64,000 nucleotides of DNA from an uncultured Flavobacteriaceae bacterium (GTDB lineage: Bacteria; Bacteroidota; Bacteroidia; Flavobacteriales; Weeksellaceae): assembly GCA_963530895.1 (NCBI GenBank), contig CAUSFO010000001.1:203-64202 (forward strand), in the 5' to 3' direction. The notes under the pieces were generated by a model. That model saw nothing but the letters and a program-made list of their open reading frames with translations, did no database searches and had not been told where the DNA came from. Positions 57,599 to 64,000 of this stretch are shown one piece after another (the first letter of the stretch is position 1; every line of letters begins with the position of its first letter). The position numbers and the translations under genes are program-made.

Positions 57599-59680
57599 TT
57601 AAAAATTAACAGCGCTTCCTCCACTATTTTCTATTTTTTTATCAATTTCATTATTTTTTCCTTTGGAGAAATCATAAGCAACTCCAAAAACGAGCATATT
57701 CTTATTATTCTGAATTTTAGTGTGATTTGTAAATTCAACTAAACTTTTACTATAACTTTTTGACTTGTATTCAGAAGGGACTCCTATCCAATACATTCCT
57801 GATGTGAAAGTCCAGCCATTCTTTTTGTATTGTAAAAACAAATGGTTTTGATTTTCATTAGTGTACAAAAACGCACCATCCAGCGAAAATACAGGAACAT
57901 TAAATTGATATTGAAGCGTGAAATTTTTGTACTGAGAAACCAGCGTAAGTCTGTTGCTCAGGTACGAATTATTAATTTCTATGTCTTTTATTTTGATTTT
58001 TTCCCAAATAGGAGCCAGCTGAGTGGTTATTCTCAGATAATTGTTTCCAAATGGCTTGATAACGCCTACAAACTGGGCGCCTCCTTTGGTGTAGTTATTA
58101 GCATTTTCATAGCTTAGGACATATCGGTTTGCAGGGAGGTCAAATGAGTAATACTCTGTAATCGCGCTTTTTGTGTTATTATAAAAAGCAATGATATTAA
58201 AGTCAAAATACTTATTGTTGAATGAATATTTCAGCTGGTTTTTCCACAGGTATTCTGGTTTTAGGTACGTATTTCCCTGCTTTACTATGTTGGGAACGAG
58301 CTGCACGATATTACTGCTCAGCTGAGAACCGCTGGGAGTGGAGGGTTTATAAGAGCTTATCAATTGTAAAGACTGGCTTTTTGATAATTGATATCCTAAA
58401 ATCAGATTGGGAGTGAAAGACCATTCGTTTGTTCTTTCGTATTGGGATTTATTATTGATATTGGTAAGCCCAGCGCCCAGACGATACATCAGTTTTTTTA
58501 TTTTTCCAGAAAATTCGGTGTAGAAATATTGCTCGAAATAATTTACTTGATATTCAGAATGCCCTGCAAGGTTGGTCAAGTTATTAGAAATATTCTCATT
58601 GCTAAATCTATACCCAGAGTTTAACTTACCAATCTTAAACTTATGAATATGAGCAAGTTCTACAACGGAATTAAACTGCCTGTTGCTGAGATTCATATTG
58701 TTTTCAAAGACACTCGCGCCAGTGTTCGTTACCCATTCTTTGGCCAATTTGGATTTTTGGGTTCGGAAAAAAGAACCGATTACATTTAGAGCCAATTCAT
58801 CTTTTTTGCCAATATTTTTATTAAAGTAAAGGTCTAAAACGGGATTGATATATTTCTCATTATCAGAGTTTATAGTTGAGTTTTGTGTAGTGAGCGCTCC
58901 TTGGATAAATTCACTTTCTCCATTTGCCCTCGAAAAATAATGGTTCATATTCAAGTTTAATTTAGCTTGAAATGCATAGCTGTTTTCCTTTGAATTTGAA
59001 TATGTTGCGGAAATTTCTTGGATTGTGTATCCGAAATGATCCGTTTGAAATTCATCAGAACGATATTTCTGGCCATTCAAAAGATATTCGTAAGTGCTGT
59101 GATAGTTTCGGTTATCATAGTCTCTGAAACCCAGATTGTAATCCAGTCCAAAAGTATTTCTGCCTCTCGTGTAGGTGAAATACGCTGAACCATTCACAAA
59201 CCCAGTAAGAGTGGCATTTTGTACGCTGGCTCCTCCCGTGTAGCCGTTTTCTGGATTTCTCGTAATGACATTAACCACCAAATCTGCCTTGTTTGCCCAT
59301 CTTGTAGGCGGAACATCGTAATAATCAATTCTGACAACGGCTTCAGGTTTTATCCCTTGAAGCTGCAGATTGGTGGATTCTCTCCCATTGATAAGGATAA
59401 GAATTTTCCCGCCGCGGATACTGCTCACATTATTAGAAACAGGGTCTAATTGTAGCTGAGGAATACTCACCACCAGGTCTTTTGCGTACCGTGCAGACTC
59501 TATTGCTTTTTCATCAAAAGAATAAGAAACATGATCAGAAAATACTTTTCTTTTCTGAGATTTTATGATGACTTCTTGGATTTCTTTGACATTAGAAATG
59601 CTGTCTTTCGCTGTGTTTTCTTGACAAAAACCTTGCAAAGATGCAAGGAAAGCCAAGGCGTGTAGTGTTCTCTTGTTCAT
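57599..59680 (-). CDS. outer-membrane beta-barrel family protein (TonB-dependent-receptor-like, plug-type N-terminus)
   Basis: 693 aa. Signal peptide, plug-like segment (IPQLQLDPVSNNVSSIRGGKILILINGR), then about 550 aa of alternating beta-strand pattern ending in F. Confidence 0.7.
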   Translation of the reverse strand: MNKRTLHALAFLASLQGFCQENTAKDSISNVKEIQEVIIKSQKRKVFSDHVSYSFDEKAIESARYAKDLVVSIPQLQLDPVSNNVSSIRGGKILILINGRESTNLQLQGIKPEAVVRIDYYDVPPTRWANKADLVVNVITRNPENGYTGGASVQNATLTGFVNGSAYFTYTRGRNTFGLDYNLGFRDYDNRNYHSTYEYLLNGQKYRSDEFQTDHFGYTIQEISATYSNSKENSYAFQAKLNLNMNHYFSRANGESEFIQGALTTQNSTINSDNEKYINPVLDLYFNKNIGKKDELALNVIGSFFRTQKSKLAKEWVTNTGASVFENNMNLSNRQFNSVVELAHIHKFKIGKLNSGYRFSNENISNNLTNLAGHSEYQVNYFEQYFYTEFSGKIKKLMYRLGAGLTNINNKSQYERTNEWSFTPNLILGYQLSKSQSLQLISSYKPSTPSGSQLSSNIVQLVPNIVKQGNTYLKPEYLWKNQLKYSFNNKYFDFNIIAFYNNTKSAITEYYSFDLPANRYVLSYENANNYTKGGAQFVGVIKPFGNNYLRITTQLAPIWEKIKIKDIEINNSYLSNRLTLVSQYKNFTLQYQFNVPVFSLDGAFLYTNENQNHLFLQYKKNGWTFTSGMYWIGVPSEYKSKSYSKSLVEFTNHTKIQNNKNMLVFGVAYDFSKGKNNEIDKKIENSGGSAVNF

Positions 59681-59735
59681 GGGGTTTATTTTTTGATTAG
59701 TTTGAGTTTTATGGTATAAATCTTTATTTTTTTCT

Positions 59736-59743
59736 CAAAAATA
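59736..59743 (-). promoter_or_regulatory. -7 box (TAnnTTTG) upstream of the outer-membrane barrel gene
   Basis: The minus strand reads TATTTTTG, 55 nt upstream of the ATG at 59680. Confidence 0.35.
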
Positions 59744-59750
59744 CATATAA

Positions 59751-59786
59751 AAAATTAAAATTAAAATTAAAATTAAAATTAAAATG
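59751..59786. repeat. hexanucleotide microsatellite (AAAATT)5 plus one 5/6 copy
   Basis: Five perfect tandem AAAATT units (59751-59780) followed by AAAATG, counted directly. Confidence 0.95.
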
Positions 59787-59840
59787 TAATAGCGACTAAA
59801 TTAAAATAGTAAAGATTTGATTTATAGAGTTTAATGTGGT

Positions 59841-60578
59841 TTAATTCAACCAGTTTTTAAAATCCTTTACTCGCTCTCGGCTGATACTGATTTCTTCTGC
59901 TGGCTGGATGCGGAGTTCCACTTTATAATGTGGCGAAGTGTGGATATTTTTGATGTAATTGATGTTAATAATAGACTGCCTATTCACACGAAAAAACAGC
60001 GAAGAATCCAAAACGCTTTCCAGCTCTTCTAAATTGAAATCCGTCGGGAAAGCCCTTTCAGAGGTCTGAGCGTAGACAATCTTGTTTTCGGTGTAGAAGC
60101 AGGAAATTTCTTCCACAGGAATTATCTTTAAATTATACCCAATTTTAACTAAAACTCGTTTTAAAGAAGGTTTTTCTTTTTGGATAAGTTCCTTGAAATT
60201 CAGATTGTTATAAAACTGCTCCTTTGGAAGGAAATTTTTAAATTTATCAATCGCTTTAGTTAAATCTTCTAATATAATGGGTTTCAATAAGTAATCAATA
60301 GAGTTGAGTTTGAAAGCCCGCAGCGTATATTGGTCAAAAGCTGTCGTATAAATGATGAAACTCTGGGTAGGAACTTGCTCAAAAATATCAAAATAAAGCC
60401 CATCGCCAAGGACAATGTCAGAAAAAATAAGCTGTGGATGCTCATGCGTTTTGAACCATTCTACGCCTTCCTCCACCGAGTGAATGACCGCTGTGATTTC
60501 TAAATCAGGAAACTGTAAAAGCATTCTCTGGAGCTGTCTCGCCGCTGGTTTTTCATCTTCTATAATGCTGACTTTCAT
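59841..60578 (-). CDS. LytTR family two-component response regulator
   Basis: 245 aa. Receiver domain (MKVSIIEDE...SDIVLGD) plus a C-terminal LytTR DNA-binding domain (FFRVNRQSIINI). Confidence 0.88.
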   Translation of the reverse strand: MKVSIIEDEKPAARQLQRMLLQFPDLEITAVIHSVEEGVEWFKTHEHPQLIFSDIVLGDGLYFDIFEQVPTQSFIIYTTAFDQYTLRAFKLNSIDYLLKPIILEDLTKAIDKFKNFLPKEQFYNNLNFKELIQKEKPSLKRVLVKIGYNLKIIPVEEISCFYTENKIVYAQTSERAFPTDFNLEELESVLDSSLFFRVNRQSIININYIKNIHTSPHYKVELRIQPAEEISISRERVKDFKNWLN

Positions 60579-60671
60579 TTTTTAGTTTTTAAAGTTAAAT
60601 ATTTTTTTTAATCCAAAACGAATGCCCACTCGTTTGAAACGAATAAGCATTCATTAGGAAAACACTCGTTA

Positions 60672-61985
60672 TTAAATTTCTTTTTCCTCCTTTTCCATGA
60701 TTTCACGAACTTTTCTTTTTTCCCAAGAATTCCCAAAAGGAGAGAATACGCTCAGTCCATTCATCACCACCCCGAAACCCCAGCCTAAAAGCGGCCACCA
60801 GAACCAAAGATGGTTAGGATTGTGATACAGATTAAGACAGATAAAGAAAGTGTTCATAACCAAGTAGGTGATGAGGTGCATGTAGAAAGATTTGATTTCT
60901 TTCATTCTTTTGTAAGCTCTGTCATAAGCGGGATTTTCGTTAGTTGTTTGCATAATTTTGATTTTTGAAGTTAATAAAATAGGGATTTTTACACTGAAAT
61001 GATTTTCAGTTTTTTCTATAGATACTTTTTTGTTCGTAATTAAATTATACCGAGCCAAAATGTTGTTTAAGCCAATTCCAGAGGACTGATGGATGGATTT
61101 TCGTGGCTGCAGATTGTTTTCTACGATTAAATATTGATTTTCTGAATATACTCTGATTTTCAGAGGTTTTTGTGCTGTTGCGAAATTATGTTTGATGCAG
61201 TTTTCCAAAAGAAGCTGTAACGAAAGCGGCACGATGAAAGCTTTTTTGACCTCTGGTTCTATTTCAAAATGAAAAGAAACGCTGTCTTCAAAACGAGCCG
61301 TGAGCATCTCACAATAGGTCTCCGCAAAGTCCAATTCCTCCTCTACGCTTACCAATTCCTTGTCTTTTTTATCCAAAATATATCGGTAGATTTTGGACAT
61401 TGATGCGGTAAATTCCTGCGCTTTGTGCGGGTTTTCATCAATCAGGGAACTCAGCACATTCAGCGAATTGAAAAGAAAATGCGGGTCGAGCTGGTTTTTG
61501 AGGCTTTCAAAACGGACATTGGCCGAAGTTGCGATGATTTTCTGCTCCACCACCTGAGTCATTGCAGATTTTTTCCACTCTATCATAAAGCTTCTCGCAT
61601 GAAGGAAGGCGGAAACTCCCAGAGAAATAAGGATATTAAAAATATGAATCCACCACATTTTTTCTGTCCAAAAAACTTCAATGGGTGTTTTTTGTATCAA
61701 AATGAAATTGATGTAGTTACACAAAAGTACACTCGCCACACTCACCAAAATAGTGAAAATAATTCCAAAAGTCACACGCTCATAGGTCTGTGATATCCAG
61801 TCCCATCTTTGGCTGAGAAAATTATTGAGCAACATCTGGCTGAACCCGATAGTATAAATGTAAAGGACAGAAATACAGAAATCCAAAAAGAACTTTTCCA
61901 AAGTGGGATTCTGCACCCAGAACATTCCTAAAAAAGCAGCAACACCAAAGGAAATAAAAAGACAGATGAAGAAAAACTTTTTCAT
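60672..61985 (-). CDS. LytS/YehU-type sensor histidine kinase with C-terminal 2TM-domain extension
   Basis: Start trimmed to MKKFFFICLF. Four or five N-terminal TM helices, His_kinase motif LDPHFLFNSLN, ATPase N-box LLENCIKHN. The last 93 aa (60672-60953) have the YxRAxKRxKExKxFYxHL... two-TM pattern of 2TM-domain proteins. Confidence 0.8.
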   Translation of the reverse strand: MKKFFFICLFISFGVAAFLGMFWVQNPTLEKFFLDFCISVLYIYTIGFSQMLLNNFLSQRWDWISQTYERVTFGIIFTILVSVASVLLCNYINFILIQKTPIEVFWTEKMWWIHIFNILISLGVSAFLHARSFMIEWKKSAMTQVVEQKIIATSANVRFESLKNQLDPHFLFNSLNVLSSLIDENPHKAQEFTASMSKIYRYILDKKDKELVSVEEELDFAETYCEMLTARFEDSVSFHFEIEPEVKKAFIVPLSLQLLLENCIKHNFATAQKPLKIRVYSENQYLIVENNLQPRKSIHQSSGIGLNNILARYNLITNKKVSIEKTENHFSVKIPILLTSKIKIMQTTNENPAYDRAYKRMKEIKSFYMHLITYLVMNTFFICLNLYHNPNHLWFWWPLLGWGFGVVMNGLSVFSPFGNSWEKRKVREIMEKEEKEI

Positions 61986-62103
61986 AGTTCTTGTTTTTTG
62001 ATGATTCAAAGGTATAACAGATTTCTGATGAAAACTAAAAAAATAAACTGAGTGGTCGTTTTTGAATACTGAGCTGTATTTTCTAATATAAAATTAAACA
62101 AAA

Positions 62104-62129
62104 TCCCGCTCATTTCAGAATGAACGGGA
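62104..62129 (-). terminator. possible terminator downstream of the prolyl oligopeptidase gene
   Basis: TCCCGCTCAT / ATGAACGGGA (one mismatch). T-rich on the minus strand after the stem. Confidence 0.35.
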
Positions 62130-62154
62130 TAGAATATTTAGCAGAAAACTGATT

Positions 62155-64000
62155 TTATTTCAGTTGTCGGATGCCCATTTCATAGAACCCGAAACTTAGC
62201 AAATCAGCATTTTCATTGATAACTTGGTCTGTAGAACGCCCAGCACCATGTCCAGCATTCATTTCTATTCGGATAAGAATAGGATTCGGACAGCTTTGTT
62301 TTTCTTGTAGCTCAGCTCCGAATTTAAAGGAGTGCGCAGGAACTACACGGTCATCATGGTCGCTGGTGATAATCATCGTAGAAGGGTAGCACACGCCTTT
62401 TTTCACATTATGAACAGGCGAGTAGGATTTTAGGTATTCAAACATTTCTTTACTATCCTCAGTTGTTCCGTAGTCATAAGCCCAGCCGGCACCAGCAGTA
62501 AACTTGTTATAACGAAGCATATCCAATACTCCCACACCAGGGAAAGCCACTTTGGCAAGGTCTGGTCTTATAGTCATGGTAGCTCCTACAAGAAGTCCGC
62601 CATTAGAACGCCCAGAAAGAGCCATATATTTAGGCGAAGTGTATCCGTTCTTTTGTAGGTATTCTCCTGCTGCGATGAAGTCATTGAATACATTTTTCTT
62701 CTGCATTTTAGTTCCTGCATCGTGCCATTTTTTACCATACTCACCACCACCACGGATGTTTGGAACGGCGTAGATTCCTCCGTTTTCCATCCAGATAGCA
62801 TTTACAGGCGAGAAAGAAGGTGTAAGACTTACATTAAACCCTCCATAAGAATACAGAATAGTAGGGTTTTTACCATCTCTTTTTAATCCTTTTTTGTAAT
62901 TGATCATCATCGGTATTTTAGTCCCATCTGCTGAGGTATAAAATACTTGTTCAGATACATAGTCATCAGGATTAAACTTCACTTTAGGTTTTTGGTGAAC
63001 TTGGTATTTCCCTGTAGTCAAATTATATTTATAAATTGTGCTAGGCGTGATGTAATTTGTAAATGAAAAATACAGCTCTTTTTCTCCTGTTTTCCCTTCG
63101 AAACCATCTGCTTTCCCAGCTCCAGGAAGTTTGATATCACGGATAAGTTTTCCGTTGTAGTCCAGCTGTTGCACGAAAGAAATAGCATCTTTCATATACT
63201 TAGCAAATAGGTATCCGCCGCCAGTAGAGATAGACAGCACATTTTCTTTTTCTGGGACTACTTCTGTCCAGCTGTTAGGATTATTGATATTGAATTTCAC
63301 TATCTTTTTGTTTGGAGCATTTTTGTCCGTGATAGCATAGATGAAATCGCCTTTGGTGTCGATTACATTTGTATTAAAATCATACCCAGTCTGTACAGGA
63401 ACGAAGTCTGTTTTTTTCTTTAAATCTTTGATGTAAAGTTCATTTCCATTCGTAGCATTCGCCGCAGAAATGATTAGAAATCTCTGGTCATCAGAAACGC
63501 TGGCAGAAAGATATCTTCGTTTAAAGTTCTCTCCACCAATGATGAGCTGGTCTTCGGACTGCTTAGTTCCTAACTTGTGGAAATAGATTTTGTGCGTGTC
63601 TGTCTTTGCAGAAAGTACGCTTCCATCAGGTCTGTCATAGCTGGAATAGTAGAAACCTTCATCGCCAAGCCATGCAATTCCGCTGAATTTCACATCTACA
63701 AGGGTTTCATCGATTTGCTTTTTGGTAATGGCATCTAGGATGATGATTTTATTCCAGTCACTGCCTCCTTCGGAGATTTTGTAAGCAACGAGGTTTCCTT
63801 TTTTATTAAAGCTGATTCCCGCCAAGGAAGTTGTCCCGTCAGCTGAGAATTTATTAGGGTCAAGGAATACTTCGGTTTTTCCGTTTTTGTCCTTTCTGTA
63901 TAGAACATACTGCGCCTGAAGTCCATCGTTTTTATAGAAATAAGTGTAATCTCCCTCTTTGAATGGAGCAGAAATTTTTTCATAATTCCAGATGTTTTTC
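62155..64000 (-). CDS. prolyl oligopeptidase (S9A) family serine peptidase, N-terminus beyond the window
   Basis: The frame stays open upstream of the track's TTG 'start' all the way to base 64000 (...KNIWNYEKISAPFKEGDYTYFYKNDGLQAQYVLYRKDKNGKTEVFLDPNKFSADGTTSLAGISFNKKG...). Beta-propeller region followed by the catalytic GRSNGG Ser motif. Confidence 0.88.
   Translation of the reverse strand, partial: KNIWNYEKISAPFKEGDYTYFYKNDGLQAQYVLYRKDKNGKTEVFLDPNKFSADGTTSLAGISFNKKGNLVAYKISEGGSDWNKIIILDAITKKQIDETLVDVKFSGIAWLGDEGFYYSSYDRPDGSVLSAKTDTHKIYFHKLGTKQSEDQLIIGGENFKRRYLSASVSDDQRFLIISAANATNGNELYIKDLKKKTDFVPVQTGYDFNTNVIDTKGDFIYAITDKNAPNKKIVKFNINNPNSWTEVVPEKENVLSISTGGGYLFAKYMKDAISFVQQLDYNGKLIRDIKLPGAGKADGFEGKTGEKELYFSFTNYITPSTIYKYNLTTGKYQVHQKPKVKFNPDDYVSEQVFYTSADGTKIPMMINYKKGLKRDGKNPTILYSYGGFNVSLTPSFSPVNAIWMENGGIYAVPNIRGGGEYGKKWHDAGTKMQKKNVFNDFIAAGEYLQKNGYTSPKYMALSGRSNGGLLVGATMTIRPDLAKVAFPGVGVLDMLRYNKFTAGAGWAYDYGTTEDSKEMFEYLKSYSPVHNVKKGVCYPSTMIITSDHDDRVVPAHSFKFGAELQEKQSCPNPILIRIEMNAGHGAGRSTDQVINENADLLSFGFYEMGIRQLK

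Noticed and set aside
63735-63983. 82-aa minus-strand ORF starting MKKFLLHSK
   Set aside because: It is out of frame with, and fully inside, the N-terminal part of the prolyl oligopeptidase reading frame. That frame stays open to the window edge and gives a sensible S9A N-terminal sequence.
1-64000. Search by eye for rRNA, tRNA, tmRNA, CRISPR arrays, IS elements and prophage genes
   Set aside because: No GC-rich cloverleaf-like intergenic segment, no spaced direct-repeat array and no transposase, integrase or phage structural ORF was seen. All intergenic regions are short and AT-rich except 29385-29871 and 45499-45765.

Overview
This is a 64-kb chromosomal segment from a low-GC member of the Bacteroidota, most likely Flavobacteriales (Weeksellaceae/Chryseobacterium-Riemerella-like). 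The taxonomic call rests on a PorW/SprE-type lipoprotein, a GH3-family gene, a MurF-Alr fusion, a Rho with a Lys/Glu-rich insertion, recurrent TAnnTTTG promoter boxes and no Shine-Dalgarno signals. I support about 58 protein-coding genes, one lipoprotein gene broken by two frameshifts, and a set of rho-independent terminators and promoter-like boxes. I saw no rRNA, tRNA, CRISPR array, transposase or integrase. Most of the window is housekeeping: tgt, panB, truA, maf, tsaB, rnr, rpiB, dsbD, rho, sod, pgk, mnmG, ybeY, murF-alr, tdk, rsmI, fabG, rnhA, dnaB, sufE, clpC. There are four accessory pockets. (1) An AT-rich orphan gene pair at 7.9-9.0 kb. (2) The frameshifted lipoprotein at 16.3-17.2 kb. 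(3) A block of hypothetical genes at 42.0-46.4 kb between rsmI and fabG. (4) An outer-membrane barrel plus LytTR two-component module at 57.6-62.0 kb, with an (AAAATT)n microsatellite in its promoter region. The best candidate for an undescribed system is in pocket 3. It is a compositionally foreign two-gene cassette (42756-45251) with its own promoter-like box. It encodes an atypical two-TM LemA-like protein and a 576-aa two-TM protein that I cannot assign to any family. All functional calls come from reading the translated ORFs and recalling family motifs; no database search was run.
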